From Lama guanicoe (Eukaryota): a DNA stretch of 64,000 nt. This document shows, piece by piece, positions 49,985 through 61,910 of the stretch. The notes under the pieces are model-generated. The model was not told the origin of the DNA. It was given only the letters and a program-made list of their open reading frames with translations, and searched no databases. The DNA is taken from NCBI GenBank assembly GCA_013239625.1, contig MU054187.1, positions 15,330,941-15,394,940 of the forward strand. The letters run 5' to 3'. The position numbers were made by a program, and so were the translations under genes. The stretch's first letter is position 1. The number at the start of each line of letters is the position of its first letter.

Positions 49985-51078
49985 CCACCACACATAAATA
50001 GCATTGAAAATCATTTATCTCCTAATAAACTCAAAATTTGTATCACCATCCTAGAACTCTCTCCTGAACTTTTGATTTCTTTATGCAACCACTTCCACTT
50101 GGATGTGGCGCTGAAATTTAATCTCTCTATAGAAATATTATATTTAATATTTAAAATTTCATATTTCTATAACCAAGTTCCTAATATTTTCCTCCAAACT
50201 GCTCTACCTTTCACCTTCCCAATCTCAGCTGGGTCCATCATTGAAGTTGTTCAATACAGAAACCATGGGGTTTTTTGGACTCCTCTTCCTCACACATCGT
50301 ATCACCAAACCTCCAGAAAAATCTCATGACTCTGCCGTTGAAATATACCCAAAATCTGACCACTTCTCATCACCTGCACTGTTGCTAAATTTGTCCAAGC
50401 AAGCATTCTTTAAGGGCTGGCTTTCTGCAATTGCTTCCTACTGTATCCTCCAATGTCTACCCTTATCTACTTACAGTCCTCTTTAACAAAGCAGTCAGAG
50501 TGGACCTAAATCATACCCCCTTACTTCTTTCAAAATGCTGCAATGTCTCTCCACACACTCAGGATAAAGTCAAAATCATACAAAGGCTGACAGTGCTGGT
50601 AATCTGGCCTCTCCTCACTTCTCTTGTTCATCTCTCATTTTAACTCCTGATGGTGCTCCAGGCATGATCCCTCTTATGATCTTTCCTCCAGTTGTTTCCA
50701 ATGCCTGGAATCTCTTTTCCACAGATATCCATTAGATTAATCTTTCACTTCCTCAAATTCTTTGCTCAAATCTCATGTCTTTAATGAAGTTCACTTTTTT
50801 CATCTATTTAATATTGTAACTCTCTCATTGACCACTAGAGCTAGTCTTCTTTTCCCTGAGTGATGCTTCTTTCCCCACAGCTTTTGTCTCTATCTAAAAT
50901 ATTATATAATCTACTACTACAATATATTATTTATTATCTGTCTAATTTCTTCCAGGATGTAATATTGTTGAGAGAAGTTAACTTTGTTTCATTCACTGAT
51001 GTAACTCTAGGTGACTAAGACAATACCTGGTATATGATAGAGATTCAATAATTATCTGATGAATGAATGAGTGAATAA
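49985..51078 (+). mobile_element. L2a-like element (~1.1 kb, including 3' end)
   Basis: ctctctcctgaact...ccacttggatgt...aatctgaccacttctcatcacct...tgcctggaat...ttcattcactgatgta...tgaatgaatgagtgaat tail. Confidence 0.88.
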
Positions 51079-51584
51079 TTTTCCCTACCCTGATGCTCTC
51101 ATAAAAATAACTATGTCTACCACAAATTTCATGGATTATAGAGCTCTTTCACTGTCTAAATATCTGGCACCCAGCCCCTTAATCCCCTTCCCCAGTAATA
51201 GATGCTTGTTAGTGGAGAATTATTACAATGAATGTAAGATTAGAGTTCGACACTGGAAAGAGTCAGAGTAGCTGGAAAGTACCAGTTGCTTAATAGGACA
51301 GGAAGTTACCTTACCGACACATACACATGGATATCATTTGACAAGTGTTGGCTACCGTCTCTGATCCAAATCATCTCCTTTTCTGTTTTATAATTTCATA
51401 TACTATTGCCAATCTCTTTATTTCTATGTAAATACACATTTATTATGTGTTTCTTATACATCATCTGCTATGTAACCTACTGGACATTTTATAGATAGAT
51501 CTGTATATATTACATAGATAGCATATATACATATATATGTATATTACCTAGCTATACAGCCTAATGAAGGAAGAAAATCTACAG

Positions 51585-51778
51585 GAGTGCTTGTTATGTG
51601 GGGAGTTCCTTGGCATCTTATTTACTCTCCACCACAAACCATGGGGATTTTATGTATTTTACCTGTTTTACAAGAGGGAAATCAAGGTACAGAAAAGCCA
51701 TCTAGTAAATATAGCACAGTGCTGATTCAAAGACAGAGGTCAGAGACGCTCCACTATCATCCGCCCTACTCTGTGCCC
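51585..51778 (-). mobile_element. MIR
   Basis: acctgttttacaagagggaaatcaaggtacagaaaag...gctgattcaaa. Confidence 0.6.
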
Positions 51779-52632
51779 TAGTCCCTTTCCAACACCCATT
51801 AGAAGGACGTTGCAGTGGAAAGCAGCAAATGGCTGCTCTGCTCTATTTGGGCATCTCACGTCAAACACACTGACAATAAAATCTTTCATTAATGTTATAT
51901 TTGTTAACTCTTTGGGACTCTTTGATTTCCCACCATCATTAATAACTCACCCTCTAAGGAAATTCACACTGAAATGAGTATTCCATCATGTATGATTCAA
52001 AAACATATCAAAGAATGTGAGAAAGAGATTATTATAATATCTAAGAAATGACTTTTCTTCAAATTTTGAAATTCAATTCTAAATAAACACAAGCAAGTCC
52101 TAAACTGAGAAAAAAGAACCAAAGCCAAGCAAAATTTGTGATCAAAATGGAAATGTAGATTGGTGGCTTCAACAAGAAAATCAGGCTCTTTTATTATAAT
52201 GCACAGTTTTCCTAGAAATAATTCTTAAATGGTACCCTTAGAAAATAAAGTTATAAGAAGGTATATTATAGAGTTGATTATCTTATAAGTTTCCAGAAAT
52301 TTCCTCAGTCATCTCTGAGTGACAATGACTTTGTGCCTCACTTTTGTGAATGTAGTGAAAAAAAAAATCATAGTTGGAGATTGCAGAAGATTTCAGTACA
52401 CTCTTAAGTGGTGTATACTTTAAATAACAAATCTTCCAGACATTTTCTCTGAGTCCCACTCATTATCCTCTAAGGATTAAACAACTATTCTCTTCCTTCA
52501 TCCAAATAATTATAGAGCTTCCTTTAAACATTTCCTGCTTTGGTTTTTACCATTAATGTAAACCTAAAATTAATCTCCTACAAATTTAGACACTTCTAAA
52601 CAAAGGCAGCCTTGGTTTGTTTCTCACAAAGA

Positions 52633-53030
52633 CAGAGACTGCTGTGCACTTATCGAACCTCATTTCCTAATCCTCTTCAGTACACAGCTAGACTGTATTT
52701 CCTGTCCTCCTTTGTGGTCAGGTGGCACCATATAATTGAATGGGATGCGTGCAGAAGTAAGACGCATCACTCCCAAGCCTGCTCCCTAAAAATTTCCTCA
52801 CTGATCATCCTGGCTCTTTCTCTTTTCCCATCTGAGGCTAGAGGCCAAAAGTTTCCATTCCTTAATGGATGTTGAAGCCAAAAAAGAGAGGAGTCTGATT
52901 CTTGAGTCATCCCTTAGAGGACAGCTGCCCGGCAGAGCTGCCAGACTGAGAATTCTCATACTGAGAAGTGACATGAGAAAATTTATTGAGTAAGCCACTA
53001 ACATTTAAGGGTTGGTTATTATCCTTATTT
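52633..53030 (+). mobile_element. MaLR LTR (MLT1J-like)
   Basis: tacacagctagactgtatttcctgtcctcctttgtggtcaggtggcaccat...gcagaagt...tgagtaagccactaacattta. Confidence 0.8.
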
Positions 53031-53194
53031 TAATAGTAATGACACTAATCCAAAGTCCTGAACAACTCTTGGCTGTTCTAAATCATCCTTTCATTTGCAT
53101 TATATTAATAACTTTATAAATCTAAATCATTCTGAAAATGTATGAAATAGCTTTTTGAAATGCATCAAGATTATCATACAATTATTTTCTCAAC

Positions 53195-53720
53195 CATCTT
53201 TCTTGTAAGGAACCATATCCACAGATTACCCAGGGTTCAATCATACAGGGTTCTTAAAGTAAAACTTTCCTGGCCATTCTGAACAATTATGTTAATATGT
53301 TGCTGAATTCAGTTTACTAAATTTCATTTTGGATTTTGAGTCTCAAAAGATCAGCGGTATTGACCTATTGTTTTAATTTTTCCATTTTTTCTTTCTTTTT
53401 CTTTACATATTTTTGAGATATTTCTTTAATGTTTTCTCAAGGTTATATTAGCTTTGTATGCATCTTTAAGAAATTTTTTTTCTATTTTCTGTGGATGATT
53501 TTAAATAAAATGTTAATATTTATTGTATGAAAGTTTGAAAGAATTTTATGTTAAAATCATCCTAACCCAGTGTTTTTTTGTGAACGTGGAATGGTAAGAT
53601 TTGGCAAATATCTCAATTTTTCTCATAGTCACTTTACTATTCGAATATTCCACCTCTGGTCAATTTTAGACATTCATGGCTCCTCTGAAAATTATCCATT
53701 TTTGTAATTAACATATTTAT
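53195..53720 (-). mobile_element. Old L1M ORF2 fragment
   Basis: tatgttgctgaattcagtttactaaattt...aaggttatattagcttt...gaaaattatccatt. Confidence 0.7.
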
Positions 53721-54194
53721 TTACCAATGCTACAGTTTTTTCCTTCAAGTTTTGGATTTATGACTTAAAATTAAAACAATTCCATTGCCAGATCTTCATA
53801 ATGTGCACAAAATCGTTAAAAATAGCATATTCTAAACTAAACCTGTTTAGACTTCTTTTTCCTAAATGAGACAACCATAAATAGTATTCTTTTGGACATC
53901 TCTCATAAGAAGGTGCCTCCTGCTCTCCTTCTCTCATCCCTCAAGGTGAGGCAATAAGAAACACAACTTGAAATTTGTCCTAATTACCGTTGGAGCAGAA
54001 AACAACTGGAATTACATTTCTCACCAACATGAGAGAATTGGTGTTGACAGAATGGTATCAACTCTGAAAGTTAAACAAGCACCAGTTGAGTAGATTTTCA
54101 ATAAATATTTGCTGAATAAGTGAATGAATGGGGGCCTCAATCACTATTGCCCATACTCCCTTGGATGTTTCTGCAGGCTGGTTAAAATTTGGAA

Positions 54195-54525
54195 AGAGTA
54201 GAACAGTGGTTACCAGGGGCTGAGGGGGTAGGGGTCACAGTGAGGGAAACGAGGAGAACTTGGCCAAAGATACGAAGCTGCAATTATGCAGGATGAGTAA
54301 GTCTAGGCACCTAACGCACAGGCACGATGACTGTACTTAATAACACTGCACTGAACACTGGATATTTGCTACAGGTAGATTTTAGGTGCATTTATCACAC
54401 AACAAAAGGCAACTAATTTAAAGAGATGATGTTTTAACTAGCTTGACTATGGTAATCATTTCACCATGTGTATGTACACCAAATCATCATACTGCACACC
54501 TAAAATATATGCAATGTTTAAAAAT
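54195..54525 (+). mobile_element. L1MA-type 3'UTR
   Basis: agagtagaacagtggttaccaggggctg...agcttgactatggtaatcatttcaccatgtgtatgta...gcacacctaaaatatat. Confidence 0.88.
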
Positions 54526-56240
54526 ACACAAAGTAATGAAAAACACGCATAGAAAAAAATTTTAAATAAAAATCGCTTGAGAATTGACTGGCTAAAATAA
54601 ATTGGGAGTCTATACCAGTAGCTAAAATTTTGTTCTGTTCTAAGCAAACATTCGCACTCTTAATTTCTCCTGTTAATTATAAAATGACATGTGTCTGGGA
54701 AAATCATTGTTTCTAATACATCTTTATTTTGCTTTTCTAAGATTTTGATAACATTTCAAAATGCAGGTCTCATTTGGAGCACTTTCTATTCTGTCAACAG
54801 ACAGGCTTGAGACACAAAGCCATTGCATCTCTCTTTTTGTTGATTTGGAAAAAAACCATAATAATTATTTACCTTCTTTCCAAAACACTGTGTGTATGAA
54901 AGCCTTCGCTGGACTCAAGCGTTTGGTAATTTAAGTTTGCTATCAAGATCATCTCCTATTTTCAATTAATTCTTTCTGCAAAAGTTGGCTAGTGTGTTCC
55001 ATTTTTACTTCAGATTAATTAATATACCAATCTCTGAATTTAACTTCATTGAATATGTAAGTCCAAACAGCAAATCTCTTTAATAGTTTCCAAATTAGTA
55101 CATTATAATCTACCTATCTTAAAAAGCAAACACTATAAAAGTTCTAGTTCAGCAAGGAAAATTTTTAAAGCCACTTTAATTTGTTGATAAATCAGTAATA
55201 ATTCTATTCACTTTAATGAAATCTAGTGCATATCATTACCATTTAGAAGAAGCTGAACTTCTTAAATGCATAAAAACCTGTGTCATACCATTTAAACATT
55301 TTAATTCTGATGTTTAATTTTTATGGAATCAGAACTCTGCAATACTATCAAATATTTAACAAAACATTATAAAAGAGGCACAGAAATTATATCACTGGTA
55401 TTTCTCTCCAAAGTTGTACTAATAGTTTCTCCTAGAGGTGGAATATTCAGATTTTCTCCAATAGAGCATGGCTTCTTACACTTACTGTCTGTGTTGTTCT
55501 ATAATTGTTAACTAGAACTTTATTCTTTTAATGAGGTTCTTTTTAATGCTCTAGTTACTGTGTTTACAATTTTCAAACTTTTCCTTAAAATCTTAGAAGT
55601 GTGATATATTTTGGCCATCTTTAAAACTTTCTTCATAGAAGGCTTGTATAATTTTGACAGTTTTCTCTGTTTCATCAGAAAGAAAATGTACTGACAGACT
55701 AAAGGGTTCATTTCTCCGCTAATTTTCCTCTCAAGTATTCAGTTGAGTGTTTATCACAGTTTTATATTTGATATTTGAAAATAATTACTAAAGACATACA
55801 TTTATATATACACATACATACACATAAACATGTAGGTATATTTAAAATTCATATTCCTTTCTTCTTGTCCTCCTTCCTGCCCCCTCCTCCTCTTCCTTCT
55901 CCTTCCTTTTCTGTTCTTTACCTCTCTCTCTCTTTCGTAAGAAACAATGCCAGAAATAGTGATGTTTCTCAGCTCAGTCTTTAAATACTAATTAGCATGT
56001 AAATGCAGTAGATGTAAGCTGATTGAAGAAATCATTATTATAGCATTTGGAAGGAGAGACATATTCTGTTTAGAAAAATACTTTGAGAGCCTACTTTGAA
56101 TAAAGATGCTCGTGGTTGTCTAGTATCGCTGGCCGCTGGCCGCTGGCCACACGAGGCCAGGAGTAGCTTCCCCACTCCCCAGGCAGATCAGGAAACCACC
56201 TAATTCCCCAAACCCCCAATTCTAACAATTTCAAATAGAT

Positions 56241-56254
56241 TCCCTAGAGGGCGC
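56241..56254 (+). promoter_or_regulatory. Candidate CTCF site
   Basis: TCCCTAGAGGGCGC: the 11 3' bases match the CTCF core CCACTAGAGGGCGC; lies in locally CpG-retaining unique sequence. Confidence 0.45.
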
Positions 56255-57280
56255 CAGCCTCGTCACTGCTTTAGAGCAAGGTTGAAGACAAAGGGATTTT
56301 ACAAAGTAAGACATCACTTTATCAGCAGTTCTGTATTCCACTGACTCTGGGATGGTCACTTTGGTCAGCGTTTCCCCAGGGTTCCCATCTCCTGAGCTGC
56401 CTGGCCTTTCTCAGCTCGCAGCGGACTTCCAACCTGCAGCCTCTTTGCAAACGAAACCCTCAGAGCTATGATATATCCTCCTTCAAAGGAGCCTTTCAAG
56501 GTATTCCCTGAATGACTCTTCCCTCTTAATACTAAGTGGTAAAGCCATAATTTATCTTTTCTCCGACATTACATTTTTTTTGACTTTTTAAAAACTAGTA
56601 AAGAGACTAATGACCACTGACAGCCTTGAGTCTCTGAAAATTTTTTTTTTACAAATTCCAAATCAATGATTTGCAAATTGTTTTAGTCACAATCCATTCA
56701 TAAATAAATCACTTTCAGTAATGACCACGAGTGGAATAAGACAGAGGGAGAGAAAAATAGCAAAAAGTTTATTTTCATCATTTGTACCTAAGTGCCTGGT
56801 CTGCTTTTCTTTGATTGTACCAGGTTCTGTCACGTGATGCCCACTCCCTAATCTGCCCTGCTGAGCAAGAGGCAAAAATTAAATATATAAGACCTCAGGT
56901 AATAATATCTTCACAATATCTTTTTTTAGACTTCTTTATAAAGGAGCTGAAAAGCATATTTCTGCTTCAGGGGGCTCCTCTCTCCACCCCAATATACTGC
57001 TTACCAGGCATCTCAAATTTCAATCTGAATGGTAATGATACACAAGACTAGTGGTCAGGGAATAATTTAAGTGTTCTTAGGGTAAAAAATTTCACTACTT
57101 ATCAAAGGCAAAAAACTTAACACTAGCCCTCAGAGATCCCATTTTAAAGCTACCCTCTAAGGGCTTAGCTGCAATCTATTTTAAATAGTTTATAGTAACA
57201 TCTATTTCTATGAAAGATAAAAACTACTCTAAACCAAATACCACGTATTCAATATTTTATGTTTGAAATATACTGATTTA

Positions 57281-57294
57281 CCAGAAGAGGGAGC
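57281..57294 (+). promoter_or_regulatory. Weaker candidate CTCF site
   Basis: CCAGAAGAGGGAGC versus CCAGCAGAGGGCGC (2 mismatches). Confidence 0.3.
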
Positions 57295-60200
57295 AATCTA
57301 TCTAGTCTCTAAATGCTTGCTCAGTCTACCTTTCTATAATTCGCATAAACATAAAAGCTTTGGAAAAAAAAAAAAAGCTATGGTTTTATGTGTATGTGTT
57401 TTGGCATTTTAAAATTTATTCTGCACTTAAATAAAAGTTAAGAAAAATTAGAGTTTCCAAATTGTATTAAGAAACTGCAATATATTTTGAGGAACAAATC
57501 AGCTTTCAGTTGTATTCCTTTCATGAAGAAATTAGATGAATTATTGATACAATCAAGATGGAATTAAAGAAAAAGGAGAATGTCAAAAGAGAGTTTAATG
57601 ACATTGAAGTAGCTGTTTCTCATCATTTCTTTTTTTCCACTGCACTCATGCCATTTGTATCATTTAATCATTAACAAATTAAGCAATGTTGGAGGACACT
57701 TTTGATCTTTTACTTCTTGTTTTTGCAGGAGCTTAACAAATGTAATATGGAAATGGATTAATGGCTGATATAAAATTATTTTGGACTAGCCACTGAAGAT
57801 TAGAAGGGATGATATCAGATATAAATTTTCCTTATTTTTTTTTTCACTTCTCACTGCCAATTATAATGTTCAATACACTGTTTTAGATGACCCTGTCCAA
57901 AAATGTGTCAACAATTATTTTTTAACTTAAATGATGAAAATATTTCAGCCTGGCTTGTCTCATTGCTAGATTATTGTTCACAGTTAGTAGGAGCTTTTGA
58001 GGTTAAATGTCTCTGTTGCTGTTCTTAAAATAATAAATTCCCCAACTATACGATATATTAGAATTATGGAAAACATATGAAATATAGAATCATGAATATA
58101 CAGGTGTAACATAAAAGGCACCTGTTATATTTACATACAGAACTGATTTTTTCCAGAGGCTGCATGGAGGAGAGGTGAGTTGGTGACTTGGTTTCACGGA
58201 TGGACGATCAGCCTGAGGCCTGTGAATCAGGAAGAACGAATCTGCCTCTTGCAGCCGCTCACGGGGCTCCCGTGCCCACAAGTGCCAAGAGCTTTTCCAT
58301 ATTGCTGAATTTGTTCTTCAGTGTCTCTTGTGAGCAAAAAGGCACTCCTCAGCTCGTTCAGTCTTGGGAGAGAGCCTTGGGAAGAGTGGATGCCATCCAA
58401 GGGTGTTACTGGAATTAGGGCTCCACCGGGCCAGGTTAGTGTGAGCATGGTTGTGGTTTGGTTTTAAGGGTTTTTTATTTTATTTTTTCAGTTGCCTTGT
58501 GAAGCTGTCCCCATTTGAACCTCCAGCTCCCTCTTCCTTGTGACCTGGATGGAAAGGCAATAAGCTGAACTGCACATTGAGTCCTATTTCCTCTATGCCA
58601 AATATGCCCTCTGGCTCTAACAACGTACATGCAGTGTCACTCCAGGATGGCAACCTAGGCAGGCGATGACTCTTTGAGCTGCCAGGGTTCCATGCAGCAC
58701 CTGGAAGGAAGTATTAATGGTGATCCAATATCAATGTAATTCACATATGGCCCACTCATATCTCCCCTTCCGTGAGCAATTTAGTAATGGTGAGCTTTCA
58801 TAGTGCCAGTCAGACCTTTCTAGTCTCAAAATGTTGAAGCATCTTCCCAATAAATTATCGTGGAGTAATGAAACTCTCTCCAAAGACAATAAAAGCCATT
58901 TCTGTCAGGCTGAGTTACTTCAAACATCAATGAAATGGCATTTGGATTCTAATTTCTTTAACAGTGGAGGAGCATGAGCTTTGGCGGGAAGGTGACGTTC
59001 TTTTCTACAATTTCCACTGGAGAGCAGTCTTGAAATTCTGGCCGGTATTCCAGGAGGCTTGACAACTAAGATTATTATGATGCCAATAGGAACTCACAGG
59101 ACGGGGGTGGGTGGGGAAAGGTCCTCCTCTCCCCAACCCTTTATTACCAGCTTCCTGACTTTGCACTCCTTTGGCACGTCTTCATGGGTGGAGGGCAAAC
59201 TGAGTAGAAACAGATTAGCTGAAGCTGACGAAGCTCACATTTCAGGGTCTGTCATCTGTAGGAGCCTTTGCAGGACTTCAGAAAAGGCACTAGCAATGTG
59301 TTCCCAGGATATTACGTTTTTGTAAAATTTGCTAAATAGTATATTTTGATGAGTTAAGAACTCCGCCTCCATCACACTTTGCTTCTTACAGGGTGATGCT
59401 GAAATGGCCCCAGGGAGTGTTGGGAAAGCAGGAGTTGAGTTGAGCCGTCAGCCACCTAGTTCAGAATAGGCAGGGCCTATTTCCGTAGCTCGGGACCTCT
59501 GCTGGATAGAGTTAAGTTATTGCTAGCATCTATAGCTCTGCATTAGAAATGGCTTCTTTGATCAGCCATGCCGGAGGAAAGACTAAATATCCTTCTATTA
59601 TCTCTTTAGGAAATATTACGAGATTGTCATAGGAAGAAACAAAGACCACGCATCCAACAAGTAAAAGATTACATGTTATTGAAGGGTTTCATGTAGTAAC
59701 TGATAAATATATTACAGTTTTCTAGATTTTGGGTTATTAGTATTGGGTTTTTTAAACTTGCGTTTTGCTGTGTCATCTAATTTGTCTTCTCATTTTAAAG
59801 AAAATATTCAGCACTGATTTTTTTCTGTTGTTTCATAATTTTGTTTCCCTTTTCTTTAAAGGGGATCCTGATGTCTGTCTAAGCTGATACGTTTGTCACA
59901 GAAGCTGACTGGGGCCCTGACTCAGAGTCCGAGTGGGCTTCTGACCATACCTGCTGAGCCAGCTGCTTCCTGTCAGAGCTTGGGCACCTTGTACCAATCA
60001 ACTTGTCATTGCTAGGCCGTGTTTTTTCGTGCCTGTAGCTTCATAGACTGCATTTTATCCAAGCATGAGTAGGCAAGAAATAAAGCAAATAAGTGCATGA
60101 TATGCATATTCCCCTAGTCTTGTTTTTTCTTCTCTCCCTGGGACCCCAAGAGCCTCCCTGCAAGACATCCTTAGTGTGCTTCTAACTTCCTTTCCATTAG

Positions 60201-60339
60201 AATGACTACTAATAATAAACGCATATATGTCAGCCTGGGACCCTTTACGCCTTGGTAGGGTAACACATTTATAGGGATTTCCGTAGAGAGAGAGCTGCCA
60301 GTTCCGGCTGACTTCTAGGTTCCCGTGTGGACTAGTCAA

Positions 60340-60405
60340 CATTCCCATCAGCGAGCATTTATTGAGTGCTTACCATGTGCACATACCGTGCTAGGCAATG
60401 GGAAT
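60340..60405 (-). mobile_element. L2 3' end
   Basis: gcatttattgagtgcttaccatgtgcacataccgtgctaggc. Confidence 0.7.
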
Positions 60406-60489
60406 TTGGGGATTGCTAATTCCCAATCAGAAGTTGTTTTCTTCTAAAGGAAATTGTCCATCTCTTTGCACTGATAAAGAACATTATAG

Positions 60490-60662
60490 TTAGCATCACA
60501 TTTGACCCTCACAACTCTTTGCAGTTTTAGCGATGAATAAACTAAGAGTCAGGGAGCTTCAGAGAGCTTACGTGACTTTTCTGAGTTTATGCTGCTCATC
60601 AGCAGCTGAGCTTGGACTGGACCTCCTGTCTGGACTCCACACCACGCCTTCCCATTGTGCCA
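60490..60662 (-). mobile_element. MIR
   Basis: catttgaccctcacaactct...gctgagcttggactggacctcctgtctggactcc...ttcccattgtgcc. Confidence 0.65.
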
Positions 60663-60737
60663 AAAATGCTGCCCTCCAACCAGTGTGTGCCCTGGCTCTC
60701 TGTTAGTTGGTAGAACAATTTGCTACAAAAAAAAAGT

Positions 60738-60895
60738 TTGGAGCGTGTCAGATCTGGGTTCTAATTATGGCTCCCTCAATTGCTAGCTATGAGTAAGTCA
60801 ATTTTCTGGTTTCTGTGTCATTGTGCATTAAGTGGAATAATAATTATCTTGCTGTGAGCATTTATAGAGATACTAAGAGCCTAAGTTCTGGGACA
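60738..60895 (+). mobile_element. MIR
   Basis: ttggagcgtgtcagatctgggttctaattatggctcc...ctagctatga...tggaataataat. Confidence 0.65.
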
Positions 60896-61059
60896 AAACT
60901 ACTAAAGGATAGCAGTGAGGGAGTGGGCACACAATCTAACGATAACCCTCTTGACTCAGATCTCTCTGACCCTCTCTGTTTCTCTCTCTTTCTTTCCTTC
61001 TCTCTGTCTCTCTCACAATTTAAAAACTTAACAGACAGACCTTCTTTGGAACTGTATTG

Positions 61060-61910
61060 CCTGACTACATTCCTCTGACATCATTCCTAAAGGCAACCTC
61101 CCTTCTAAGATGGTATGTATCATTCCCATGCATGTTTTATAATTTCTTTATCCATATTTAAATTATATCAATAATGGTGTGTGCTCAGCAGAGTTTCTGG
61201 CATATGGTAAGTCCCAACAACGTTAGTATAAGAGTCTCTCTTTTTCTGCTTCCTGGTCAAATATCGATATTGTCAACATGATGGTTTTAAAATGGTATTT
61301 ATTACTTTAATTTGCATTTTCCTCATTACTAATGAGGTATTACATTTCATAGGTTCATCCAGTCAATTTTCTTATTCTGTTCCTTGGTCATTTTCTCCAG
61401 TTGGGTACTTGGGTTTTTTCTTAATAATTTTTGAGATTCTTTGCTTATTTTGAACACAAATCTGTCAGTTATATAAGTTACAATTACCTTCTTTAAATCT
61501 GCGGTTTGTTTTTAAATTTTTTAATACTGCTTTTACCGTTACAAATGGTAATACCATACCAGTACACACCAAAACAATTAGTTATTATCATAATTAAATA
61601 TATCAAGTTTTCTTTGGGGTATGGTGGTTTTTCTATCTCATTTAAGAAATTCTTTCCTCAACCGGTATTAAAAAGCTATTTCACCTATATTTATTTCTAC
61701 AGTTTCAAGCTCCCCTACACCTTTAATAATGTTGTTTAGTGATGTTGTTTGTGTTTGTGATATGAATAACTTTAGGATTCTATTTTTTCACAATGAAAAC
61801 AATTTTTTCACAGCACAATTTAATAAATGATCCAGTCTCACTCCTTTATATATAATGCCACACCTGTTATATGCCAAGTTTCCAATTACATCTGGGCTTA
61901 TTGTGTTCCG
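61060..61910 (-). mobile_element. Old L1ME remnant
   Basis: tttaatttgcattttcctcattactaatgagg...atttaagaaattctttcct...ataatgccacacctgttatatgccaagtttcc. Confidence 0.75.

Noticed and set aside
58159..58432. + strand micro-exon-like ttttttccag|...gag|gtgagt and nearby 73-76 aa ORFs
   Set aside because: Isolated signals with no partner exons or recognisable peptide.
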